A DNA stretch of 64,000 nt from Microbotryum violaceum (taxonomy: Eukaryota), in assembly GCA_001244265.2 (NCBI GenBank), contig CDLV01000004.1:2046001-2110000 (forward strand), written 5' to 3'. Each line of letters starts with the position of its first letter. The first letter of the stretch is position 1. The translations under genes were made by a program, and so were the position numbers. Of this stretch, positions 1-10,324 are shown piece by piece. The notes below the pieces were generated by a model. That model saw nothing but the letters and a program-made list of their open reading frames with translations. It was not told the origin of the DNA and made no database searches.

Positions 1-801
1 GAGTCTCGTCGGCCTGCGTCGAGTGGTCGCCGAGGTCACGAAAGGTCGACCAGAGCTGGTCTTTGGGCTCGTAGTCGAGGTTTGCGTTCGGGGAGTTGCT
101 ACAGGACGAACCGCTATGATCACATTCCATTGGGATCTTGCCAATCGCTCGAACACCTCGTAAGATAATGTCTTGAGCTTGGGGAGCGCCGCCTTTGAAG
201 CCGCCACGTAGTCTAAATCATCTTGGTGTAGGCCAGTACCCAACAGAAGGTCGTTCTGTCGTAGAACAACGCTCAATTGAGGGTCCATGTTGAACAGTAG
301 GATCTTGATGAACTCGATGTCGCTGAGGGCGGTCTGGCCGAGCTGCAGCTGTGAGGCCCGAAGTCCCGAAGCCCACGTCGCGTAGTCGTGGTTGCCTTGG
401 TGGCTGTGGCCAATACGCTGCTCTGTCGTGAAGGCGAAATCCAAGGGTAGTGCCTTGCGGATGAAGGCGACCTTAAGCTCGTCCCATGTGCATTCCTCCG
501 TCACCGTCACCAGCCAATCCTTGAGCGCCTCGTGTTCAATGTGGTTGGCGATGAACATTATCTTTAGTCGCATGTTCTTCACTTGGTACTGGAAGAACAT
601 GTTGTCCATGTCGTTGAGGAATGCGCAGATCGAGGAGAGAGTGAGTTTCGTGCCGTTCGCAAGCTTGGGCGCGCTGAGCTTCATGCCCCTTGGCATCGTT
701 GCAACCTCCTGTTCATCGTCCGAGCTGTCCTCCCTTTCCTCTGGTGCCGATGGTGGCGCTGGTTGGGCGGTGGAGTTCTTGGAGTTCTTGCCACGCGCCA
801 T
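1..801 (-). CDS. Gag-like protein (partial, open to window edge)
   Basis: [10 protein letters not shown]...[17 protein letters not shown] is similar to the zinc-knuckle Gag at 22755..23892 (DYQVFERIGREEWSVI). It is not in the ORF track because no stop lies in the window. Confidence 0.65.
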   Translation of the reverse strand, partial: MARGKNSKNSTAQPAPPSAPEEREDSSDDEQEVATMPRGMKLSAPKLANGTKLTLSSICAFLNDMDNMFFQYQVKNMRLKIMFIANHIEHEALKDWLVTVTEECTWDELKVAFIRKALPLDFAFTTEQRIGHSHQGNHDYATWASGLRASQLQLGQTALSDIEFIKILLFNMDPQLSVVLRQNDLLLGTGLHQDDLDYVAASKAALPKLKTLSYEVFERLARSQWNVIIAVRPVATPRTQTSTTSPKTSSGRPFVTSATTRRRPTRL

Positions 802-897
802 GTTCGTCTGTTACCGTTCGTTGTCATTTGTTCGTTCCGTGGGTGTGTCGCTGGCGCACGTGGCAGTGTGCGTCTTTGACCGGTGTGAAAAAAAAAG

Positions 898-1120
898 TGT
901 AATACACCCCGTTGGAGTGTACACCTGAGCGACGACGACAAGGATCACAGGACCAAAGTATGTAGAATTGACACTGGACACTCGTATCAGTCGCTGGTAT
1001 GACAATGCCTTCTGATCCACCTTGTGCTCACCTGGACACTCGTATCAGTCGCTGGAGAGAGACTAAGAGTGCCCAGGCGCGCGTCCCCTCTTCCTAAGGC
1101 CCAGGCGCACGGGCCTTACA
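898..1120 (-). repeat. LTR (223 bp), family A
   Basis: TGTAA...TTACA termini and an internal 22-bp direct repeat (ctggacactcgtatcagtcgct x2). A diverged copy lies at 22495..22718. Confidence 0.8.
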
Positions 1121-1132
1121 CTCAAATGGTTC

Positions 1133-1759
1133 TTGGCATTCCGCAACCTCCCTGAGACCACCAAGACATCAGACCAGTATGACTTCCTTTGCAATTGGTC
1201 CAAGATCCAAGAAAAGATCAAAGAGGTCTACGGGGACGCCAACAAAAAGGAACATGCTCATCAACAACTCCACATGATGCGTCAACAAAACTCGGTCACC
1301 AACTACTCCTCCAAATTCCAACGTCTGGCAACCATTGCCGAGGTCTCCAATGACCGCTCGCTTTTCTGGCTCTATCGCCGAGGACTCAACGCCAGGATCC
1401 GCGCCGTCATCATAGTACTACGGCCTCAACCCAAAAACCTCGATGAATTAATCAAGAAGGCGAATCGAATCGATTTGGACCTTCAAAACAAAGCCATCAA
1501 TACCGGTGCCTATCTACCTCACTGCATGGCAAGTGGGTATTCACCCAATGATTTTGCCACCTCACAATTGGCTGTTCCACTGGACGGTGGAGGACCGCGA
1601 CCCATGGATCTTGACGCCAACCGTCGCCGAATCCAAGTCAACAATACCAACGTTCGTCGAGGACCCCTGTCTGAGAACGAGAAAGAACGCCGCTGTGCAA
1701 ACAATCTCTGCCTCTACTGCGGCCGCGCCGGACATCTCTTCGCAAACTGCCGTGCTTGA
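1133..1759 (+). CDS. gag: Retrotransposon Gag (5'-truncated) with CCHC zinc knuckle
   Basis: Major-homology-like MRQQNSVTNYSSKF, PMDLD, CX2CX4HX4C. Confidence 0.85.
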   Translation: MAFRNLPETTKTSDQYDFLCNWSKIQEKIKEVYGDANKKEHAHQQLHMMRQQNSVTNYSSKFQRLATIAEVSNDRSLFWLYRRGLNARIRAVIIVLRPQPKNLDELIKKANRIDLDLQNKAINTGAYLPHCMASGYSPNDFATSQLAVPLDGGGPRPMDLDANRRRIQVNNTNVRRGPLSENEKERRCANNLCLYCGRAGHLFANCRA

Positions 1760-2277
1760 CCCCAGCAGTCAGCCACACCTTCACGCAACTCCTACCCCCG
1801 GTCGACCAACGAACGTTATAACAACGCTGGACAATACAGGTCCAACAACTACGACCACAAGAGGAGTGCTGCGGTGTCTTTCCGCCTCACTGGCCCCAGT
1901 GCCTCCGTGCTTGGCAGCCATCAACCAAAAAACTCCCGAGCCCAGAATGCTTAGTAGGTGCTTTCCAGGGCGACTCCTCCGACCTTCTCTCGACTTCCAA
2001 CTGTACAACACCGGACTCAGCACTTTCGCACGACATACACACCTCCAAAGAAACAAAAACAACTATCAGCAGCCTCCTTGAGAATATTCAAGACTCAACA
2101 TAAACATCCCAAAATCACCCTCAAGAAACAATTACAACACCCTTACCTCCTATCGTTTTAGAAACTCAACACACAAAAACACCACAAATCCTCCAGACGA
2201 CACGAAAAACAACACAAAACAACCTCCAAAAATCCATAATTTTTTCGCCAGTCCAAGGATTCCCAGTACCAAAACAC

Positions 2278-3162
2278 GTGTGCACAAACTCCATTGTCTC
2301 CCCAGAATTTGACTCCACGGAACACCTCATTGTACAAGCACAACTTTCGACTACCCTTGTGGACAAACTCACCTACGCCATGATCGACTCGGGCTCTCAA
2401 CTCAACCTTATCTCGCGCGACTATGTCAATTCACTGCGCATCCCTCAAGTCACTATCCCGGATGGGCACATTTTCAAAGCTTTTGACGGACACCTTGCCC
2501 GCCCCATTGCACACCAAACAGCCCTCATTGACCTCAACATTGGCGATCACCACAAAGAGATTCAATTCAACATCTCAACTATCGCGTATTACCCAATCAT
2601 CCTGGGCATCCCGTGGCTCAAACTTCAGGACCCCTCAATTTCATGGTCCAAACACATTGTACGCTTTGACTCTGATCACTGCTCAAAATCTTGTCTCGCA
2701 GTCACGCCAATGGTGCACACATTGCCGCGACATCCAATCTATGGCGACTTTTCAACAACACCAAGTACACCCCTCGATGTTTCCGGCATCCAGCACCCCG
2801 AGCAATTGGACGATGCAATCAAAGTTTTGGCCACAACCGAATTTGCAAACCTCTTGCAGACCGACGATCTGATCTCCGTCGGATACATCACGCCGATGAC
2901 CTCTGCACCTATCATGTGCGCCATGACTAAATTTCCACACGTACAGAGCTCCGACGCCACTCCCGACGCCACCACCAAAGATCCTCGGGCCCTTGTGCCA
3001 CCTCAATACCGCGATTAACTTGACGTCTTCGACAAAAAGGAGGCAGACAAGCTGCCGCCACGTCGTCCGTATGATCACTCCATTCCGCTGGACCCTTCCA
3101 TCAAAATCCCTGCAGGTCATCTATATCCTTTGAACGAATCAGAACTCAAAACCCTTGCCGAT
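2278..3162 (+). pseudogene. pol: Gypsy pol fragment (protease and RT N-terminus), in-frame TAA at 3016-3018, cut by Copia LTR
   Basis: DSG protease motif and ILGIPWL; the frame continues past the stop into RT-start motifs. Confidence 0.85.
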
Positions 3163-3332
3163 TTTTAGGAACCTGAGGCCCGAGGCACGATGTACGTAAG
3201 CACAAGAGCCGAAGAAGATAGTAAAGATAGTTGGAGAAGAGAGAGAAGCGCTAAGGGCGCGCGCGCGGCTAATATCAACAACTAGATACTAAACTATTCT
3301 AAGTGGGATGAAACAGTAATACCCTTTTGACA
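3163..3332 (-). repeat. Copia 1 3' LTR (170 bp)
   Basis: Direct repeat of 7793..7986, lacking a 24-bp segment between GCGCGC runs. Confidence 0.92.
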
Positions 3333-3345
3333 CCCCCCCGTGCTG

Positions 3346-6300
3346 TCATACCACTGCAACCCGCAAACCCAAGTTTTCCTGATGGAAGAGGAACGGTTTG
3401 GGACCCAAGGCCTTGGTGAAGATGTTGGCAAACATGTCCGCGGTGGCAATATAAACGACGTTGATCTCCTTCTCGGCTACGCATTCGCGGATGTAATGCT
3501 CGGAGATGCGCACGTGACGAGACCCTTGGTGGTTGGTTGGGTGTCGAGCGAGGGCGAGAGATCCTTGGTTGTCGCCGTAGATGACAACAGGGCCCGGGAC
3601 GGGATGACCAAGTTTGGCCAGAAGCTCGCTGAGGTGGATGGCGTCACCACTGGTATACGATAGGGAGAGGTACTCGGCATCGGTGGTAGACTTGGCGACT
3701 CTGTGCTCGCGCTTCGAGCACCAAGCGATGGCACCTCCTGAGTAGATGAACGCGTAACCCATGGTCGAACGCGAGGTGGTCAAACAGGCGCCCCAATTTG
3801 CGTCCGAGTAGCCATGGAGTGGTTGGCTGGTCTTGCGATAGGTGAGACCCAAGCCCAGCGTGCCTTTGATGTAACGGAGGACCTGCTTGATGGCTGTCCA
3901 ATGCTCCGGGCCAGGCTGCTGGGAGAAGCGAGCGAGGTAGCTGACCATGAAGGCGAGGTCCGGACGAGTTCCTACTGCTGCGTACATCAACAAACCGATG
4001 GCCTGCAAGTAGCGCGTACGATCCTGAGGAGTGGCCGCCAAATCCTCAAAGTCAAGGACAACAACTGGCTGCATTGGGATACTTGCCGGCTTGGCATTGG
4101 TGAATTGGAACCTGGCAAGGATGTCCCGAAGGTAGCGCTCTTGTGAGAGTGTGATAGAACCATCTTGTCCGCGTTTGACTTGGATGCCTAGAATATATTT
4201 GGCAGGTCCGAGGCATTTGATGCCGTATGCGAGTTCCAGCGCATCAAGCACCCGGTCAATTTCGGCGGTTGAGGGACCAACCAAAAGCAGGTCGTTGACG
4301 TACAAGGCAATATAGTGTAAGTGCCCGTTGTGTTTGCGGCAGTAGATACAGATGTCCGACCTGGTGGGGATGTATCCGAGGGACCGCAGAGTAGAGTTGA
4401 TCTTGGTGTTCCAGATGGTGCCGGCCTGGCAAAGGCCGTAGATGGCTTTGGACAGCTTGAGGATCTTGCCGGGCAGGTTGATGCCCTGAGGGATGCGCAT
4501 GTAGAGAGGCTTGTCAAGTTTGCCATGTAAGTACGCCTTATTGACGTCGGCCTGATGGACGTGATAGCCGTTGGCCGCGGCGAGTGCGATGAGGGCTCAA
4601 ATGGACGTGAATTTGACGACAGGGGCGTAGGTCTTCTCGAAGTCAAGGCCAGGGCGTTGGGCACATCTGTGAGCGACAAGTCGGGCCTTGTGATTGGTGA
4701 TGTCACCATGCTGGTTGCGTTTAGTCCGGAACACCCAGCCTGACCGCAGGAGGATCTCACCCGCAGGGAGCTCACAGGATTCGACAATTTGGAAGACCCC
4801 TTAATCATTTAGAAGGGAGTTGAGTTCATCCTGTGCTGGAGCGCCCCAAACGTCCTCTTGTCCCGATCGAATGACGTCGCCCCAATTTGCCGGATCGCGA
4901 ACAACCGACAGGTCATGATCCGCGAAGCCGGCTTTGGTTGATGAGAAGGCAAGGAGCAGACTCTTGAAAGAAGCGGAGGGTCCGTTGGGGTCTTCGACCG
5001 TCTGTTCCCGCGTGATCATGGTGGGAACAGGTTGGCGGCGAGTCCAGGGGCCATCAATGATGTTTTGAGCATCAATTTCACCGTACTTCCCTGGATCAGG
5101 ACCAACCTTGGCAACGTCGCCGTACTCCCAACCCGGCTTGACTTTGGCGAGTGGAGCTGGATCTGGGGGTGGTTGTGGCAGGTTCACGGCTGACTCCATT
5201 GTTGCGCTTGTGGTCGATGAGGCGTCGTTGTTGACGGCAGAGCTGGTCAATGCGGGCGACGCGGGTGCCTTGACAGGCGTTGGGGCCGGTGGCTGTGGGG
5301 GAGGCTCGACAGGCGTTGGAGCTTGGACAGGTGGAAGCAGGGGGCTGTAACCCGGGATGGACGGCTGCGTCGCTCGGGCAGGCGCGATCGCGAAGGGGAA
5401 CTCGGTTTCTACAAACGTCACATTGCGGCCCAGTCTCACACGCATTGAGGAAGGGTCAAGAAGACGGTAGGCTTTCGCGTGTCAATCGTACCCGACGAAG
5501 ACCAGAGGAATCCCTTTTGGATCGAGCTTGTCCCGTCTATGAGCCGGCACGGTGGTCCAAGCGCAACAACCAAATGCCCGAAGACCCCTAATGCCTGGTG
5601 TGTGGCCCGACCATCGACGGTCTGGGACGTCTCCACCAAGAGCCGCGTGGGGCGATAGGTTTTTAACGTGGATGTAACACATAGCCGCCTCATCCCAGCA
5701 CGATCGTGGGAGTCCCGAGTGGGACAGGAGAGAAAGGGTGCCCTCGACAATCGACCGGTTGGCTCGCTCAGCCCATCCGTTTTGCTCAGGCGTGTACGGT
5801 ATGGTCAATTCGCGACAAATTCCGCGTGCCACACAATAGCCGTTGAAAGCAGTAGAGACATACTCGCCACCGTTGTCCGAGCAAAGTGTTTTGACCCTGC
5901 GACCCGTGGCGTTTTCGATCTCCAAGAGCCAATCCTTGAATGTCTGAAAGACCTCGCTCTTGTGCCCGATGGGGTAAACCCAAGTCTTCCTCAAGAAGTC
6001 GTCAATGAATGCGACAAGGTATCGCTTATGGCTTAAGGATTCCTCGGGGAAAGATAAGACGTCCGAGTGCACCAACGCAAGTGGTTCAGCTGCATGCAAC
6101 GACGAAGAGGGGAAAGGCAAACGATAGGCCTTGGAGGCAAGGCAGGCATTGCAAGAGAAGTCTACACTCTCGAAGTCACTATAGGGCCAATCCAAACCCT
6201 CCACCTGGCCGGAGGCCGCCAGTTTTTTGAGTGTCTGGACAGAGGTGTGGCCGTAGCGGCAGTGAAGGGTAAGTAAAGGTAGCCTAGTGGACTTGGTGGA

Positions 6301-7788
6301 GACGAGCAAGGGTAGCGCACCTTTGCTGCCAGCGCGGACTGAAGTGTTGAGTTTGTAAACGCGGGACGCGATGGCTGATGCTGTAGCGAAGCGACCTTGC
6401 GGCGTGCGGAGCTTGACGTGTCCGCATTTGAAGGTGATGCAAACGCCTTTGCGGTCGAAGGCCCGGACCGAGATGAGGTTAGCCGGGCTTTTGGGAGCGT
6501 AGATCACGTTGTTGAGGGTGAACGTGGTACCCATATCGGAGACAAGCTTGATCGAGCCGATTCCCGAGGCCCTCAACGTTCCCCCCAGACCCTGCAGGAC
6601 TTGCTGGGTAGGTGAAAGGGGACCGTCAAAGAAGGACGCATTGTTGACGACGTGGCACGCCGACGCCGAGTCCAGCAGAAGGATGTCAGGTTGTCCGATG
6701 TTGACAAACATGGCAGAAGAAAAGAAGGACATGTCTTGATCCTTGGACGCTTCCGCGGCGGCCACGAGAGTGGTCGTAGTCGATGATGACGCGCCTTGGA
6801 GTGCCTTCATGGCGTTCCTAAGCTCGACGTATTTAGCTCGCTTGCGCGAGTCCGGACACTTGTCGAGCCAGTGTTTGCCTTGACCGCAAGCCGGGCAGTT
6901 GCTCGGGGCAGGACCAGACCGATCCCATTTCCCCTTTTTGCCAGGAGCAGCGCTTGTGGTGGGCGCGACCGCCTTTGCTACGAGGGCCGGGTTCGACTCG
7001 TTGCGCAAAGTCCGAGCGACAGTCTCCATTGATGCGAAGATTTGTTCAACGCGCGGCAGCCTGTTGTCACAAATGTTCATCGCGTAGAACGTTGTGCGCC
7101 ATCCATCGAAAATGTGCGGCAAGTCGTCAAGGGCCCGGGCCGCGATGGCCTGTTCAAGGTCTAGCTGGGCCATTCGAAGGTGGTTGACGAGAACCATGGC
7201 TCGATTTGTCCATGTGTTGAAACCAGCCCAAGTGGGCGGGCATGGTGGCATGCTGAAATAGTCCTTGATAAGTGCCGAGTACGCTTGGGCATCGCTGGGA
7301 GCATAGCGTGCGGCGAGGGCGAGCCAGCATTGGTGCGCCGAGCCGCCCGTCTGAACGATTGGGCCGATGGTGGCCTTCGTGGTGACTGTGAGCAATCCCG
7401 CTAGCGCGCGGGCCGCGTAATCCTCCCAGCGCGAGCGTATGGCGAGAGGCCACGAGGGGTCGCGCGTGCCCTTGCGCAGGTATGCGCAGACTTTGCGGGC
7501 AAAGGTGACCGACATGGTCAGGTCCCAGTCAACGTAGTTGTCCTCCGTGAGTTTCGAGTCGTCGGGGAAGACCGGAGGGTTGGCTGGGGGTAGGAGCTGA
7601 CGCATGGAGAATGCGTCGTCGTCCCGTGCGGGGCGCTGGTTCCTAATCAGCTCGTCGAATTGTTCTTGAGTGAGCGTGACGGAGGTAGTGGGGGCGACGT
7701 CGTTGATTGACGAAGGTGGTGGAGGCATTGTTGCCATGTCACTCTGGACGTCGAGGTCGCCCGCCGCTGATGGGCTAGGTGGGCTCAT
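3346..7788 (-). pseudogene. Copia Gag-Pol polyprotein interrupted by in-frame stops (5482, 4801, 4597)
   Basis: [14 protein letters not shown] knuckle; LLDSASACH protease; HHCC and SDNGGEY/PEQNG.AER integrase; RT YVND (mutated YVDD); RNase H GYSDANWG...AEY...DNQG. Confidence 0.93.
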
Positions 7789-7792
7789 AACC

Positions 7793-7986
7793 TTTTAGGA
7801 ACCTGAGGCCCGAGGCACGATGTACGTAAGCACGAGAGCTGAAGAAGATAGTAAAGATAGTTGGAGAAGAGAGAGAAGCGCTAAGGGCGCGCGCACTTGG
7901 AAGGCTAGAGGCGCGCGCGCGGCTAATATCAACAACTAGATACTAAACTATTCTAAGTGGGATGAAACAGTAATACCCTTTTGACA
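7793..7986 (-). repeat. Copia 1 5' LTR (194 bp)
   Basis: TG...AA termini on the minus strand, directly followed by PBS GGTTATGAGCCC. Confidence 0.92.
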
Positions 7987-9489
7987 ATCGAGAGCGCCAA
8001 AAAAAGTCAACACGATACGGCCAGTCGACGGCTTCTACGCGCACAACGGTGCTCCGAGCCCCGAACCCCGCACGCTGCAACGCTACAAAGTCCAAATCTC
8101 GAAGGCATTCGATCCCAAGCTTGACGCCGAGACGAGAGCCCAGGACCGCACTCGTTTCGGGATCACAGCAATCCCGCTTGCGGCCAGGTCGAGACTCTTC
8201 GACGTTCCCTCCTCGTTCCCCACCGACATCGCCCATCTGTTGGCCACCAACATCCCAACCCTGATGTGGAAGTCGCCAAAAGCTTGGCAGTCCGTACCCA
8301 ACGGGAAAACAATTCTTGCAAAAGTGGGCACTCTGATCGAGGACGCCAAGTGGACGACCCCAAGTGCATTCGGCAGGTATTTTCGCAATCCTCACACCAA
8401 GGCCAACACAAATTACACGATGCACGAATGGATTCAATTTGTATTGAATGTATCCGTCCCCGTCCTCCGCAATGTGGGCACACCGGAACCATACATCGCG
8501 CACTGGGCCGACTTTGTCAGGCTCGTGTTGGATCGGAGCTCCTCCAGCGCCAAGAGGATTGACTTGATTGATCGCCTTGCCAACCGGTTCGTATGCGGAC
8601 AAGAGCGCCTCTTTGTCAAGTACGATTCCGAGAGTATCGAGGCCATGCCTGTTGCTGTCCATCGACTTTGGCATCTTGGAGAATGGCTTCGCATCGTCGG
8701 CAATCTCAGCCTGGTGTGGCAGATGGTACTCGAACGCGTCATAGGCTATGTCAAGAAGCCCCCGATGTCGAACAGCGCCCTGGTCAAGACCTTGGTCAAG
8801 AAGGCGAGTCCCTTCGCGGCGCCTGCTCTGTCCGAGAACGCTCTTGCTGACGGCAACAATCCTCCCTCCTTATCCTGCAGGCGGTTACCAGGCAGCAGAT
8901 GACGTGCTGGGCGATGGCCGATCCGGCGGTGGCAGGGTTGCGGGATGAACTGTTACCAGCGCCATCGCAGCCCAAGACAGGGAACGTTCTGACGGGATTC
9001 TCGCCCGAGAAGACGCGGGCTAGCAAGGACTGGGCAAGCGAGTGTGAAGCATGGCGGAGGTGGGGACAAAACAAAGCGAGTCGCGTGAAGGCCGCAATCG
9101 TCGGCGAGAACGTCGTGCGGTGGGAACATTACGGGCGTGCGGCGATTCCCGGTGGTAAGGGGCAGTACCTCTCGACGACGAGACGCGAGGGCGCGAACCA
9201 CCGAAACCGCAGGCAGGCCTCGCGTTTCTTGACGACCTCGTTCACTTCCTCGGGAACTCGAGCTTCGAAAATGAAGCCGGTCTACACCGTCGGCCGAGCC
9301 ATGGCCATCGTTCGCGTGCCCGACGACGTCGACGTCGGTGAGCTCGGTGAATCGCGCCTCGTCGTCGTCGCCGAGCTGTATCCGCCGGTCCAACGTTTGC
9401 ACAATGCGATGCCGTACGTGCGCATCGAGTCGAATAACCCTGCCGTGCTTCCGTTCGAGGCCGTGGAGAAGCTGCTGGGAGCGTACTAG
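7987..9489 (+). pseudogene. CACTA/EnSpm-like transposase C-terminal fragment
   Basis: ORF 8240..8902 (HEWIQF...VHRLWHLGEWLRIVGNLSLVWQMVLERVIGYVK) resembles the H-x-L-x-H...G-P...W...ER..G motif of fungal Tnp2-type transposases; frameshifted into 8899..9489. Confidence 0.6.
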
Positions 9490-9527
9490 TAGAAGTCAAT
9501 GTGACCGTGCACCAGTCCGCCCGCCAT

Positions 9528-10030
9528 GTTTTTTTTGTTTAACTGGGCTCATAAATTACGATCCTTTGGGTTGGCTAGAATCGCTACAAAAAGAGCTAAA
9601 AGAGGTAATAAAGCAACGACGACAAGCAGCTGGGTGAAATTCAAACCCCTGCGCGCAAAGAGCGCTGCGCAGATCAAAGCCCGCCGAGCACCTAACGCGG
9701 ACTCCAACGGGCGGTGAGTACTGCTTCCGCTTCACGTCCCAAGCGCGGGAGCGAAGATACTCAAAACCAGGCAAGAGCGCCTAGGAAAGAAGGAAGAGAA
9801 TATACAGAAAGTCACAAACGGGAACACCGAGAAAGGAAAATACTAAAACAAGGGGAAAGGAGGGGGAGGAGGGGGGGACACACCCGAGGGACCAAGAAAG
9901 GGGTCGAAGCCAGGGATAGAGGTCCCCAAAGACTAACAGGCCGCAGCCAAGCCCCAGCTACTCGTCACCCCGACAACGCCCGATGGCCCTCCTTGGCTGA
10001 GTCTCGAGTGCTGGCTGTTGAGCCGTCGGA
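9528..10030 (-). mobile_element. Possible 5'-truncated LINE 3' UTR with poly(A) tail
   Basis: Minus-strand pyrimidine-rich tract ending in an A-run at ~9528-9540. Short motifs (CTGG.TTCGA, TTG.TTTATTAC) are shared with the LINE 3' UTR at 21644..22293. Confidence 0.35.
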
Positions 10031-10252
10031 AGTCGGGCAAAAAAAAAACGATCCAATAAAATGAACAAGCCTTCTTCCCGATCCACGCCGTAACGACCAT
10101 TCCATTTGACGAGATCCATCAAGCGGCTTGGAGGGAAAAGGGGAAGGTATCGAAGACTTGAACGTTTGAGTGCGCGCGTCTCTTGCCTTCCCCGCCACGT
10201 TGCGTCGACGTCGTGTAGCGTCTGTACCAAATTGGAAAACAAAAGAAAGGTT

Positions 10253-10324
10253 TGGCTGAACTGAGAATTGAACTCAGGTCCACTCTATTAATCAGAGTTG
10301 CTCTGGCCGCTGAGCTACTCAACC
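10253..10324 (-). tRNA. tRNA-like gene (72 nt) with TTA anticodon and non-canonical anticodon loop; suppressor-like or pseudo-tRNA
   Basis: GGTTGAG TA GCTC AGCGGCCA GAGC A ACTCT GATTAAT AGAGT GGAC CTGAG TTCAATT CTCAG TTCAGCC A. All four stems pair, A and B boxes are present, and T-runs follow downstream. Confidence 0.8.

Larger units (their letters stand above)
1..1120 (-). mobile_element. Ty3/Gypsy-like LTR retrotransposon, 5' part (LTR, leader and gag), running off the left window edge
   Basis: LTR 898..1120 (TG...CA) is followed on the minus strand by a C-T9 run, a leader and an ATG at 801 opening a gag-like frame. The LTR and leader are homologous to 22364..22718. Confidence 0.75.
1121..3162 (+). 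mobile_element. Ty3/Gypsy (Tf1/chromovirus-like) internal fragment: gag, protease and start of RT; truncated on both sides by other insertions
   Basis: Gag with PMDLD and CCHC knuckle CLYCGRAGHLFANC; aspartic protease MIDSGSQLN; RT N-terminal DVFDKKEADKLPPRRPYDHSI...LYPLNESE. Confidence 0.9.
3163..7986 (-). mobile_element. Ty1/Copia LTR retrotransposon 1 (degenerate)
   Basis: LTRs 3163..3332 and 7793..7986; PBS GGTTATGAGCCC; G-rich PPT; gag-PR-IN-RT-RH order. No matching TSD (ccgat vs atcga). Confidence 0.95.

Noticed and set aside
392-928. Plus-strand 178-aa ORF and many similar overlapping ORFs across the window
   Set aside because: Antisense or alternative-frame shadows of TE or host genes in GC-rich DNA; no motifs.
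974-1053. 22-bp direct repeats separated by ~36 bp (also in the LTRs at 22495 and 24361), superficially CRISPR-like
   Set aside because: Only two units, inside LTRs, eukaryotic context, no cas genes.
3016-4803. In-frame TAA stops in Gypsy pol (3016) and Copia 1 (4801) as possible targets of the TTA tRNA
   Set aside because: Both elements carry other inactivating lesions; two stops are not evidence of programmed read-through.
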